A stretch of DNA of 54,140 bases, counting the filler, from Bipalium vagum (taxonomy: Eukaryota), in the NCBI GenBank assembly GCA_037834085.1. It is 2 parts of 2 records of this genome, joined end to end, with 100 filler letters (N's around TTAATTAATTAA, not from the genome) between each part and the next. Parts side by side here need not be neighbours in the genome. Positions count along the whole stretch, not along the records: positions 27,328 to 54,140 come from JBBMKC010127479.1; 1 more part is not named here. The stretch is one strand, 5' to 3'. How positions within the stretch are numbered: position 1 is the stretch's first letter; the number at the start of each line of letters is the position of its first letter. Made by a program: the position numbers and the translations under genes. Shown here piece by piece: positions 37,562-50,479 of the stretch. Below the pieces are notes generated by a model, which made no database searches, was not told where the DNA came from, and worked only from the letters and a program-made list of their open reading frames with translations.

Positions 37562-39615
37562 TAATTATGTTCGGAACATAAGACCTGATCATAGTTATTA
37601 ATGTTAATGTTTGAGAAAAGTAACCAAATCGTGGATTCTATTTGATTTATATAAAATAGAATGGAATAGTGTTATTAATTTAATTTTAAAATAAAATAAA
37701 ATAAATAATTCAGTGTTCCAATTTGATTCTTATAAGGAAACAATCGTATCAAGATTACTTTTTTCTTTTAAAATTTTTTTTTACTATATAGTTGCCTTTT
37801 CACAATATAGATTCCTCTTTAAAATATCAACGCTCTCTCGTTTTTCCTTTATTCTGTGAGGTCCGAGAGCTGACTTGAAAAGGTTTGCCACAGATTTCCG
37901 TTAGGAATGTTGATAAGGTTTTCAGCCACCGTGAATTTTTTCTTCTGACATTAATAGAAAAAAATACTAATCCTCCTTCCACCATCTCCCTCTTTCTATT
38001 ATCATAATGGAAAAGCAGAAGATTAAAGAAAAACATCTGTCTGTCGAATTAATTTTTAATAAAGCGAAAGCCAATCTCGAGCATGATGGATTAATTGAGA
38101 AAAGTACTCTGACAATAATTATTAATTAATTTCTGTACCTATGTCATTAAAAAATTGTTTTGTATTTTATATCTTTATTATTATTCCTCATTCTTGGGCA
38201 ATCGTAACATTAAAATTAATTAATTATTAATTAATTTATTAATTAACTAGAATAGATATCTAATATTAATAACTTATAAATGTGCCAAGACAAATGGTTA
38301 ATAATATTGGTTGCAATGAATAATAGTTTATCTGATTGAAATTTGATTGAAATGCCGTGAGTCATTGGTTTGTTTTAATATATTAATTTTCCAAATAAAC
38401 AATTTAATTTTAAATGCTATATTTAAATTTAATATTTTATGGCTTTTATAGAGTCATATCTTTTGATTGTTAAATCTATTTTCAACACATTTATACACAT
38501 CTTAGAGAATCCAATAGAAAAATGAAGTTCAAATAGTGCGACTAATAAAGCGACTAAAATAATGTGGAAACTTTGATCTGTGTGAACGAATATTTATTAA
38601 ATAGATCAATCAGGTTCAGAAATATTGAATAATCGATTCAAGATAATACACCAAAGTTAGAAATATTAAAAACTAATTATCAATATTTGCTATGAGAACT
38701 GTGTGTTGTTATCAAGATTTATTAGCCACAACGATTTGGAGTTACTATGCCTATGATATCACGAGCAATTTAAATATTTTGAATTTCTTGCGAGTATTTT
38801 TAAGGAAAAGGATCATCCTTAAAAGCTAATTAAAAGTATTTTTAGTTATACATGATGAAAAAAAGAAAAATATGAATAAAAATGTTAAGTTTCCTAAAAG
38901 GCGGATTTTAAAGATGAACGACTTTGTGACTTATGATAAAGCAAAATAAAATAAACTGTTTATAAATCAGAAGAATTTAGTGAGCGTATGAACGGAGTAA
39001 AAATTTGAGTGAAAAATACAAATAATCAATTCCAGTTGATATTTATAACGTAACAATAATAAAATGAGATAAAGAAATGTTTACTAAAATATATTTTTAT
39101 ATAAATCTTGAGAAAAGTCAGATAACACTTCGGTAACCTACTTAAGGGCCCTCTAAAAAATCCAGTTCTCCGTTCTACTTGACGTGGAGAATGCAAAAAA
39201 AGAAGATACTAGGAGATAATTAAGAAATAATTTATTTGATCCTAAAGCGTTGGAGTTTCTCGTCCAACCTTTATTATCTATTTAAATTTTAACTTATAAT
39301 TTAGAATCGAATCGAGTGATTGAATCACAGTAAGATTTTTGATAAAATCCCCTAATTATTAAATGAATATAACAAAAATTTCCTTTATCGATTACTTTTA
39401 CTCTCTTTAAAATTTTAATTTGTAGACTTCTGCTGTTCTCTTTATCCAAGATTGTTCTCGAATTTTTTATTCTAATTGTTTTCCAATTGTCCTCCATTGT
39501 CCTGTGTTTTAAAATTGGAACATAGTGACCATTTTATGGAAATTGAGATACGGGCTGAGTTTCTGCTAATTTGCTTTTCTTCAAATGCTGCACTTTGAAT
39601 TTTCTGCTTGTATTA

Positions 39616-40304
39616 TTAGGTTGTCCAGTATGAAATGTCGTATTTTTAGTAGTCAATAAAATAAGTCAAAAATCGGGCAAATAAAATTTATTAATTAAAA
39701 TATTTTCCATTACAGTTTAAACACTTGCCAAGAACAAACTTCATATATTGCTTTTTGTTGTCCTTCAGTGAATTCATGTGGAATCCATGAATCGAGCTTC
39801 TTGACCTTCCCAATCTTTTTGAGATGAACAGAGACAGTTGATTTTGAGATATGCAGATCTTGGGCAAGTTCTCTTACTGATTGGCTAGTGTTTTCTTCAA
39901 CAGCTGCTTTCAAACGGTCTTCACAAAATTTCAAAATTGGTCTTCCGCGATCTTCATTGACCAAGCTGAAGTTACCATCCAGAATTTTTTTGAGCCATCG
40001 TACGTACGTTAGTGCTGCCTTCCCCTCATGCAACATTGATGTTTTCGACTGCCTGTGATGCCTTGTGTTTGAGTTTAAACTCGTACAGCATGCATATGCG
40101 AATTTGTTGATCTACCATTTCTAGAAAAGAATGAAAAATAAAAATATATATTTAATTAATATTTTTACTTTTACAATGTAAATAAACTTTGAAAATCTGG
40201 CTTTTATTTGGAATATTTAAACAAGATTTTCGATTAATGTTTATCGAATAATTTAATTTTGAAAATTTAGATAAAAAACCGACATTTCATACTGGACAAC
40301 CTAA
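39616..40304 (-). mobile_element. Internally deleted (non-autonomous) mariner, 689 bp, with perfect TIRs and TA TSD
   Basis: 25-bp identical TIRs ttaggttgtccagtatgaaatgtcg flanked by TA. MVDQQIRICMLYEFKL..DRGRP..KKLDSWIPHEF..EVCS is joined directly to WQ-CLNCNGKYFN*. Confidence 0.97.
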
Positions 40305-41199
40305 TATTACACATTCCAATCCTTAAGAATTTTTGTCAAGTATTGTATAATTTGGCTTCATCATACAAACAAACAATTGATAATATATAATTTATCATTC
40401 GTCCTCAATATCAATATATTCGTCCTGTGCTGCTAATAATTCACGATGTTTTTCCATAATAATAATAATAATAAAATTATTATTTTTAATAATATTTTAA
40501 ATTTTCTAAATTAAAATTAAAAAAAAGTAATTTCAACAGAAATAATATTTTTCTTTTTTTAATTGTTTAATAACTCTACTAAATTTCAGAACTGGATGAT
40601 GACTTTGACAGATCCAATATTTCCCTAGACATACTCCAATTAACACAGGTCTGTCGTCGTTTTAAATAAATCGAGTTCTATTTCTGTCGAAACTCAGCCT
40701 ACTGAGTCCACAGAATTTCCAGGCATGAGGAAAGGGTCTACAAAAGTTTGAGAACTTTTTAATTCACTGTGACACAGTTTTAATATTACTCTTTTTCCAT
40801 CGGGAGATGGAATAACATTTGTCCTTGTTTTGTTTTATTGTTTATATTTTGAAGAAACTCTAATTAATTTAATTAATGTTACCAACGACCCAAATCTGAA
40901 CGCTTGTAACAAAATATACATTTTCTTCTCCGACCTTGACTTTTATCTTTTTTACTGGAACAAATTTTTTATTTCCTCAAATTAATTCACAATTTTCGTT
41001 CAAACTTTTACTATTACCAAATATCCCATATTACTCATGTAAAAGTGTAACTATTTAAACAAGTATAAATAATTATTTATTGTCAAATTAATTTTCCCAT
41101 GTACGGAATAATAATTTGCAAATGTAACACGCCCAATAATAGTGGCACGTAATATTTTGTTTTAAACGCTCGATTTTCTCAAGTTTTTTAGAATATATT

Positions 41200-41560
41200 T
41201 AATATGGAAAAAAATTTTATTTAAGCCTATAATTTGCAGTGGAAAAAAGACCCCACAAATTACGAACATTAAATAATAATCGAAACTTTTGGAATTATTA
41301 ACCGAATTAAAAATGTTGAAAATAAAATTTTCATGTCTAAAAAGTCCATTAAAGGGAAAAAGAAAATGTGGATGAGGTAAAAAATTGAAAACGATATCTA
41401 TGTGTGATTTTGAAGAAAATTTCGGATCTCAAGGGGAATCTTGTACAAGAGGAAATTAAAATCATTATGGTTAATAAAGACAGTTAAATATTAGACAACA
41501 ATTTTCAAGCAACGTCAGTGATTCTGAAATTATTAGTTGGGAAGAATTGCATTATCGTAA
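41200..41560 (+). mobile_element. Degenerate pogo-like (CENP-B HTH) fragment
   Basis: LENDIYV*F..SQGESCTRG..NFQATS resembles the CENP-B HTH pattern 'LE..L..W..R..G..V....F.AS'. Confidence 0.4.
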
Positions 41561-41630
41561 TTGAACTTGATTTTCAGTTTCAATGCGACTTCACCAAGCG
41601 TATTAATGAGCTCGTTCCTATCCTCTAAAG

Positions 41631-41986
41631 CAGCGGTTCTCAACCCCGAGGTCAACCCCCCAAATGGAGTCGGAAACTTTTTTAGAGGGGTTGTCATATT
41701 AAGGTGGGTGTAGAAATCATTAAATGTGAAAATTGGTGTTTTATGATGCTGCTAAATAAATAGGTTGTGATGCTGATTAAACTACTTCTGTTCACAATTA
41801 CCTTAACTACCGCAGTTAGATATTTTATAGGTACTGTTATTATTTGATACTCTTATTAATATAGGTTGGTTTTATTAAATATGATGAGTTATGACTTATT
41901 TTTAGTAATATTGATTTTCTTTGGGATCGTCAAGATCTTAAAAATTGAAAAATAAGTCACCATAGAAAAATGGTTGAGAATTGCTG
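41631..41986. mobile_element. hAT (Charlie/Buster, SPIN-like) MITE, 356 bp, 8-bp TSD
   Basis: TIRs CAGCGGTTCTCAACC / GGTTGAGAATTGCTG; identical 8-bp TSD CTCTAAAG at 41623-41630 and 41987-41994. Confidence 0.95.
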
Positions 41987-42444
41987 CTCTAAAGAGTGGT
42001 GGAACATCTTTCGCATTAAAAATAAATAAATGAATCAATATCAATTGCAAATGTCTTACCACTGGCGTCTCTTACATAAAAGGATTTAATTTTGTACATA
42101 ATTGAAGAGACAGAAAAATTTTGCAACCCAGAAAATACTTATTTTATTAGAATGTGAAAGATGTGGTCTCACTTTTAAAATGAAGAAAAAGTCTCGAAAT
42201 TTTATCAAAATTTCCACAAATTTAACTCGAAAGAATACCTTTTTTACGTGATCATCATAATCCTCATATACAGAAAACAGAATTTTTCATAACTCACTTT
42301 GTCTAAATTTTACTTTCATTTTCATCAGAGTTTTTCGTTTGTTTACTTGGATTTCTTTATATTTATCTTTTTGCAAATAAAGGGATATAAAAAAATTTTA
42401 AAAAAAAATTATTCCAGTAATAATGATTAATATTCTCGTTAAAT

Positions 42445-43005
42445 ACTCACCATGATATTATATTATATTTCTGAGATCGTCTCTTAATCGGTTCAACTAA
42501 GGATTTAGCTTGGATGTTGTATAGTCTACAAAGAACTATCTTAGGAACATTTTTATTCCATGTACGGATTTGAATTTCTCCATTCTTTTCGTAAAACAGT
42601 CATCTAGCAGGTTCAGATCAGAAAAGTCAATTGATTTTGAGATACACTTGATTGCATCCTGCTTCAAGAAAGAATCGGTAAATTTGGCTACAAGAGAGCG
42701 AACGTTATCCTGTCTAATATATAACTCACCATGAAACAAAACGATAATGTTGAGATCGTCTCTCAATCGATTCAACTCTCATGAGTCAGCTTGTATGTTG
42801 TCTGCTTTCTCAAGAACTGTTCTGGGAAAATTCTTATTTCGTGCATGGATTTGAATGCTTTCATTCTTCTTTTTGAATTAAATTTCTCTAATTTGAAATG
42901 ATCCATCAGGTTCATGTTAGGAGAGCAAGATATGCTGATATTATGGGATATGCTGATTGCTTTCAGCTCCAAGAAGGAATTGGTAAATTTGTCTAAACGA
43001 CAGCA
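42445..43005 (-). mobile_element. Tandemly duplicated (~280-nt unit) mariner-like transposase C-terminal fragments
   Basis: Two diverged units (tgagatcgtctcttaatcggttcaact at 42472; tgagatcgtctctcaatcgattcaact at 42751) encoding QDN..S.VA..T..FL, SDLNLLD/SPNMNLMD and NRLRDDL. Confidence 0.7.
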
Positions 43006-44379
43006 AATGGATTTTATTTTTAATAGTGAAGTTTCTATGTAGAAGTTTGTCCTTCAGATTAGCCGATTCAAACAAGATGAAACTGTGATTTTATAATGCT
43101 TTGATATCATCCGGTGATTATTTATAATATATATATTTTATAGTATAAAAATATTTTACATAAAATATAAATATTATCAAAAACTTTGTTTCCAAGGTTT
43201 CTCTTTTATAACATCAATTTTTAAAATGAATTACTTTTTCCCAAGTACAAATAATGGGTTCTTGTCTTAATAAAAAGTTGAAACAAAAAATCTGTCTCTT
43301 TAGATTACGAATTGGTAAAATCCCTATTTGTAAATTCATCTTTAATACGGCATCAGATGAATAAGACTGGAAAAGTAATAAAAAAAACTACGCAATTAAA
43401 ACGAATGATTAAAAATAATTAAACATAAAATAAATTTGAAAATTGAAAAAAATAAAAAATATATAAAAATATTACGTTATAAATCTTTCGTAGCCGAATT
43501 ATCTTCAATTTAATAATTCTTGTGGAAAAGTGATATTTTAATTAAAACTTTATAATTAAAATTTTAACTAAGCACAGTGATGTATGAAGTATTATAAAAT
43601 TCTTCACCGAACTGTCGTTAATTATCCCGATATTAAACAGGCATCACACATGTAATCACACTGACAGTCCCAAAAATTGTCAAGAAGAATCTGGAGGATT
43701 ATTTCTACAGATGGAGAGTATTATAACCAGTTTATAATTAATGATAATTAGTGACATAAATTAAAATTTTCAACCCGTCAGTAAAAAAATTAAAATTTTA
43801 CTAATTTTTAATATAACAATAGTTCAATGTACTGTTTGAGGGGAAATGTAAACAATCAAAAATCACTAGTTTTGGAATGTTAAAAAGTTAAATTACCAAA
43901 AAGGTTCTCAGTGACCTTTGATATAAGGAATGGCTTGAAAAAAGATTGTGATTATTAAATAAATAAAAGATAAATTTAAGAAATAAAAATGTCTTAAACT
44001 GATTTTATTCTTTTACATGGCGTGTAATAAGTATAGATAAGACTTTTAGGTGCAGCACTTTTTTATAATTATGAATGACTTTCTATTGTATTTATTGCTT
44101 GTATTCATAAAGTAAGCAAGTTCTAATTTCCCCAATTGTCTGTTAAATAGTGTTTTATATTATAAAAACAAACCTAAAATAATAAAATTAAGTTTTAATT
44201 TAATAGAGGCTTACCTGTCCTATGATTATTATTTATCAATAAATATAAAAAAATAAGTCGATATTTTCAATTATTTTTACTTTAAATTTAGAATATGAAA
44301 AACGACAATACTTTTACCTCAACCGAATATTATTTTCATTGTATTTTAATATAAAATTGAAGTTAATAATTTAAAATAA

Positions 44380-45076
44380 CCGTATTTTCTTGACAATAAC
44401 GCGGCGAAAAAATGTTTTTAAAATTTTATATTTCGTTATCTGTTAGATGCACCATGTTTATGTTAACACAAATTACAAATACAAATTAAAGTTCAAATTA
44501 TATAATTTGAAACCGACATACGTTTGTTAGAAATCGCAATATTATATAACAATGTCAGCAATATTTATTTAATCAAAACCAGAAAAATCATCATCTGATT
44601 TTAATTTTAGAGAATCGATAACATCTAAAAATTCTTCGGGAACATCAAACATTTATTTAATAAGCAAGATCATTTTCTAAATCGGGCCAAAGGCATTTAC
44701 CAAATCGTAATGTTCGCTTTCGCTTATTCATTGCTTGTAAGGTATTTTTGTCTTGAAGCCATTTTCTAATCGAAGTTTCTCTAACATTGCATATTCTTAC
44801 TCCTGCTCTATTTCCATGTTCTTCTGCATATTCGACACATTTCAGTTTAAATTCAGCAGTATATGATTTTCCATTTACTTGCTTCTTGATGTTCTTTTCG
44901 TTATATCGTAATGTTATATTTTAATTTATTTATTGCTTTGTAGTTATAATTTTAAAATGATCGCAGATTACCCACGTTATCTGTTAGGTACCCGTTTTCT
45001 GTTGGCCTTGAAGACTGTTTATTTAAATGGCTGGCGCGTTTACTGTTAGGTGTTCGTTATTGTCCAGAAAATACTG
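44380..45076 (-). mobile_element. Internally deleted pogo-family (POGK/BrkDBD-type) element with both TIRs
   Basis: TIRs ccgtattttcttgacaataacg / cagtattttctggacaataacg. KSYTAEFKLKCVEYAEEHGNRAGVRICNVRETSIRKW..WPDLENDL is followed directly by the acidic tail DVPEEFLDVIDSLKLKSDDDFSGFD*. Confidence 0.9.
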
Positions 45077-45459
45077 TATAGTTAACGAATTAGTGATATT
45101 TTTCAATTTATGAATTTAAATAATTTATTTTTACAAATATCCCAATAATGCCGATATCTACAACATTTGAATACAAATCGATGAAAAACACTAATCTATA
45201 CATTTTACTCAACATATTGGTACCATTAAACACTTGAAGAGTAAAGAATTGCAATGCATTGCAAATCGACAAAATTCATTTGTGTGTATAGGTAATTCCA
45301 ATTCAATAAATGTGAATGGATTGTTCTTATTAATACTAATAAGTAAGTATCAGATTTTAAGATAACACAGAAAATGTATTTTTAAATGCCTTGGAATCAA
45401 TTTTATTTCATTTAAAAAAAGAATTTGTGAAATTTTATCCAAACATTTAATTAATTTAA

Positions 45460-46300
45460 TCATCCCTGGAAATTTTCTTCGGTAAAAGACATTCATTGAT
45501 GGAATCCATTCCACCATAGCCGTCAAATAGATAACAAAGTATTTATATTATTTTCCATATTGTGTTCAATGCCAAATGAGATTCTATTGAAATCGAGTTC
45601 TTCAGCTGCATTCTTTCATATTTAAGACTTAGCAACATACCTTCTCCCTTTATCGCGTTTGGAGATGCTGTAAGTCGAAAATTGTTCGATAGATTTCTCA
45701 GTAACAATGAGTGGCTTGAACATCTACAACCTTTGGAAGACCCTGGGAAATTATTTACAAAAACCTGTAAAAGATAAATGAAGTCGATTCGAGTTTGATA
45801 TGTAAAAACCTGATTGTCGTGCTTAATGTAAATGATGAAACATGTTGCAGTCATTCGCATGAAATTGGAAAATAGGTTCCCATAGACATTAGCAAAGGAG
45901 AACAAGCTGCAGAAAATATTGATGTCTTCTCATCTGAAAAGTCAGGAAGTCAAACAATTCTAGGATTACATGGTTTCTTTCAGTATAATTGAAAGTTACG
46001 AATATAGTACCATTAACTCCATTACTTTTAAAAGGACTTTTTCTCACATTTGAGTGTTTCTTAATATTTTCTAATATCTGTTCATATTCTTATCTGTGAA
46101 TTCATTTTAATGATTTGCTGATTTTCCATTTTCCGCGAAATATTGTTTCCGAAATCTTTTCTGTTGGAGAGCATCCTAAATACATTTGGTAAGTTGCATT
46201 TAAGGTAAACTCAGCTTCTTTAAATTTAGTGTCCCAAAATAATAATTTGTCCAGGTTATTATGCTTGGGAAATGTAAACGCATTTGTCAAATTCGTTTCC
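45460..46300 (-). pseudogene. Decayed multi-exon gene remnant with ~35-45 nt introns
   Basis: Repeated short GT..AG blocks on the minus strand (gtttacc..atttag, gtaatcc..tttcag, gttttta..ttacag, gtatgtt..atgcag) separate coding-like segments with in-frame stops; no family recognised. Confidence 0.35.
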
Positions 46301-46543
46301 TGATAAAATTCGAGTCAGTCATTAAAACCAAAAGGTTTAAAATTTATAAATTATTATTAAGTTCTTTTCCCACAAAAGTCAAAATTTTGCCTGGCATTTA
46401 GAAAGTAAGTCAAAATTAAATAGTTTTAGTGTTTTCATTTCGATAGTCCGAATAGATCACGCTTCAAGATTATCATGTAAAATATTTAAATAACATTTCT
46501 TTATTAAATAAATGTACAATGCAATCATTAAATTAATAAATAA

Positions 46544-46790
46544 TTGAAAATTCCATACGTTCCTAAAGAAGAAAATTCACCGAATATTCCTCAAATCCGC
46601 CCAATCGAGGTGAACTTGAAACGAAAAGTATAAACCAATAATTATCGACCAAAATCAATTCAAATCTTGCAGAGAAGGATCAAATGTGTGCTCAGAAAGA
46701 AAGAAACACCTATTTTTGGGCACCCATGAAGAAAATGCCTAAAAGTTGTAGGAAAGCTCGTCGATATGAAGTTAACTCTTTTATACATTG
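46544..46790 (+). mobile_element. DD37E-type ITm transposase C-terminal fragment
   Basis: IPYVPKEENSPNIPQIRPIE-NLKRKV*TNNYRPKSIQILQRRIK matches the NPPN.PQ.RPIE motif of ITmD37E elements. Confidence 0.8.
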
Positions 46791-46929
46791 AAATGTCAGT
46801 TTTAGTTATGTAGTTCTTCGTTTTTTCATTTTTCTATAGGAACTTTTGTACTGTTTCAAAAATGCATACATACGCGATGACTTTTCACATTTCCCTTGGT
46901 TATTTTTAAGTTTAAAATTTTATCATCTT

Positions 46930-47210
46930 TCAACACATTTAGCAAATTTCAACGTGATAACATCCTTTTATGAGATAATACATGGAATGTTTTAAATAGG
47001 TGTGCACAGGTAGATAAGTCAAGTCCAATATCTTTAAACTTTCTAGTTGTAAAGTATCAATTTTCTTTAATTACAGTCTTCAGCTTATCATCATCAGTTT
47101 TGATTGGCAGACCAGAACTTGAAGACAAAATGTAAAACCTAAATAATCAAGTTTAACATTGAATTTTTTCATATACGGCAAATAATTTTCTTCTGGCTTG
47201 TGCACATTTT
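46930..47210 (-). mobile_element. mariner 5' fragment
   Basis: SGLPIKTDDDKLKTVIKEN..TTRK segment. Confidence 0.55.
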
Positions 47211-47236
47211 CTATTTAATTTAATAATTTAGTGATA

Positions 47237-47880
47237 CGAGGTGTGCCCAATAAGTACTGTGCCTATGGTAGAAAACAAAAAATGACCACAAAACAATTTT
47301 ATATTAATAACAATGAATATATACAGGTAATTATTTTTCAATAAAGTTCCCAGAAACGTCAATACATTTTTTCCGGCGAGTGACAAGTTGCGAGAAGGCA
47401 TTTTTGAAGAAATCGGAAGATTTTTCGTTTAGATAATCAGTGACAGTCTTCTGCAAATATTCTTTTGTTGAAAATTTTTTACCCGCTTAAGGTCTTTGAA
47501 CAAAAAGAAATAGGAAGAAGCCAAGCCTGGACTGTAGGGAGAGCAAAATCAAGCCACAATCTTTAATTGCTGTTGTTGACAATCCACTAGTATAAGTGGT
47601 GTGTTGTCATGCAGATAATTCCTCCTCAGTGTCCTAGCTTGTCGTACAAGGTTGATATAGTATTCACTGTCTAGACAAACACGTGATTCAACAAAATCGG
47701 TGAGAATCATGCCATTAGCATCCCAAAAATGGAGACCATTAAGGTTTTTTTGTGTAATGATATCTTCATCTTTCTTGAACTGGTCTCTCCTGGAAGTTTT
47801 TATTCTTTTGATTCCCTTCTAGACTCCAGAATATAGCGAGATAGAGGCGTTTTATCCATCGTGATGATGCTATTCAGATC
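47237..47880 (-). mobile_element. mariner (irritans-like) 3' half with TIR
   Basis: TA|cgaggtgtgcccaataagt terminus; ITMDKT, FWDANGMILTDF, EYYINL, LHDNTP, PYSPGLASSYFFLFKDLK. Confidence 0.9.
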
Positions 47881-48839
47881 AATAATAAAATTCAAATTTC
47901 AGAACTAAAAAACATTTACCAATAAATCAAATTGGGAATTTCAATTATTATAATGAATATTGAATTGATAATTGTAAAACTACCTTTGTTGCCTTAAATT
48001 AAATATTGGCATCGAAAAAACGAGGTAACCTAAGGAACCACCTAATGATAAAACTATTTTTATAGTGTAAAATCAAACAAAATCACCTTAATGTTTAGAC
48101 CCCTTAAATTAGATCATTGAAAAATCAATAAAATAATCCCATAAAAAACGTCCCCATTTTGTAAATTTTAAATTAGACAAATTCATAACGAAAGTAGGAA
48201 AATGTACTATTTATGCAATTTCAATTCACATTATAGTAAAATATCCCATTATAATTATTTGGATTTTTCTTTGCTCTGAAATGTAAACATTTGGCAAGAA
48301 GAATCTGCTTTTATCAATAATCATAATTTTTATTAAGACCAGAAGTTTGGTAAAAAAACATTCAGTCGAATGAAAATTGTATTATATTTTTTATGAGAAA
48401 TTGATGATAAATGTAATAATTATATTTGTAGTATGGCTCAACTGTTATTTTAAGTTGAGTTAATTTAAACAATTTTTACTAACGTTACCGTAATAATTCC
48501 TGTTTTTTCAAAAATTATTACTTATTATATAATAATTAGCAGAGATTAAAATGTACATGTGTGTTTACTTAGTACAAAAATTACGGGATTACGTTTAGCT
48601 TTGTAATTGGGAGATCTTACCCAGAAGAACAAAATTTACCCGGATTGTGCTTTTCATGGGATAATCGATAAATATTCTAAAAATCCACATTCCCTTGTCT
48701 ATAATATTAATTAATATAAATACATTATTTTCAGGCGTTTCAATAAAGTAGATTTTAGACCAATAAATACATTTGTTAGCATTAGTACTACTGATATTAT
48801 TAGGAAAAAAACCTGAACGATTTAAACATTGAAATTTTT

Positions 48840-49032
48840 TCACATCTCCCTTATTCACCAGACTCATATCCGACCGATTACCATTTTTAGAGCATTTGGA
48901 TAATTTCTTGGTTCAAAGAATCATTGTTGACCAAGGTGATGTCGAAATCGCCGTTTCTGAATTTATGGACTCCAGAAATCAGTCTCTAAGTGGAGGAATG
49001 GTGTAGAATCAAATGGTGAATATTTTAATTAA
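48840..49032 (+). mobile_element. mariner (cecropia-like) C-terminal fragment
   Basis: HLPYSPDSYPTDYHF-EHLDNFL..EFMDSR..WRNGVESNGEYFN*. Confidence 0.9.
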
Positions 49033-50196
49033 GTAGAAGGGTACCCCACAAGAGGTACTTTAGTCGAAAAATATCAACGTTGAAATCTTTCTGAGTAATG
49101 GGTGTTTAAATCCAAATGAATTTAATCGTCGACTTTTCTGTGCTAAAGTCACTCAGATAAAACGAAAACTCAATAAAAAATGAATAAGATTAAGAGAACC
49201 ACCTCCCAGAAAGTCGGAAAGGATATTAGGTTTTGGATTTACTATAATTCTAATATACACGATGTTTTATAAATATTTATACGCGTTTAAACAAATAAAA
49301 ATTAATCAATTTGTCAATGAACGTGAATCATTGTATATTATTGTAGATAAATATGGGAAAAATATAAATATTCTATAAATGTCTGGAAAAAGAAAATAAA
49401 TTCGGTTGGAAATTAATCGATTATTTCTTCTTTAAACACTTGTACATATTTATGAAACACCTTATATTACTTTAATAAAAAACAAAACATAAAAGGAGAA
49501 TATTGAGTAACGTTGAAGGTCAACTTGGAAGTGCTAATTCGGACAAACCCACTGATTAAGTAAAATAGACTCATCTCAGAGATTAGCTGGTACGAAAGCA
49601 AAACTTTGTCAACTACGGTTTTCTCTTGGCATGCTCCATAGTTATAAAATTAATCTCCTTTTCCAAAAGTGTCCTATAGATAGATTCTAAAAGAACACAA
49701 CCTCTGATTTGAAGGGGTTGAATAGATTTCACTTCAGAAAATATTTTTAAAATTTTTAAATATAGGGATGGGATGTGGAGATTATGATCAAAAACCATCT
49801 TCAAATTCACTGATCTGTACATCTGTCCATCAAATTTTAAGTTAAATGAATATTTCCTTTTGAAGGAGACCGAATAACATATTTTGTATATCCCTTCTCT
49901 TTTCTTGAGTTTCAAGAAGGAGAGTGGATTCATGACGTTCCTCAACGAAATATTCTTTTCTAAATTCCTCTACTTTTAATTTATTTCATAAAAGCAGTTC
50001 TTATTGATTTTCTCATTGAATTAATTCCAATTAAAAGTTACCTAAATAATAATAAATGAATTTAATTGTAAAATAAATAAAAAGATAATAGGAATGGCAA
50101 CAGGACAAATATTATATTATATTATTTTCTTAGTTTTAAGTGTTAATGTTTTATTTAAGTAAAAAATATAATATAATTTTTTTAATCTTACTTAAT

Positions 50197-50339
50197 NNNN
50201 NNNNNNNNNNNNNNNNNNNNNNNNNNNNNNNNNNNNNNNNNNNNNNNNNNNNNNNNNNNNNNNNNNNNNNNNNNNNNNNNNNNNNNNNNNNNNNNNNNNN
50301 NNNNNNNNNNNNNNNNNNNNNNNNNNNNNNNNNNNNNNN
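50197..50339. other. Assembly gap (143 N)
   Basis: Run of N. Confidence 0.99.
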
Positions 50340-50479
50340 TATTCTCAAAATTACTTTTTATAATTAAAATAATAAGACTTAAGATTTTTTATGAAAATAA
50401 GACAGGAAGAAAAGTAACAAAAATAGTAAATGATATTGATTATCATATAAAAGATATATTTATATATTTATCAAACCAA

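Noticed and set aside
1366-46300. Alternative genetic code (TAA/TAG = Gln), suggested by in-frame TAR codons in exon-like blocks (SF*KK, EI*MS, TK*WL, FQ*LS)
   Set aside because: TGA stops and frameshifts occur in the same remnants. C-to-T and G-to-A decay readily gives TAR, and I saw no long intact ORF emerge under the reassigned code.
49613-49945. 110-aa minus-strand ORF as an intact CDS
   Set aside because: No recognisable domain and no ATG start; it appears to read through intron-like AT blocks, so cannot be supported.
50140-50367. ORFs spanning the N run
   Set aside because: Artefacts of translating the gap.
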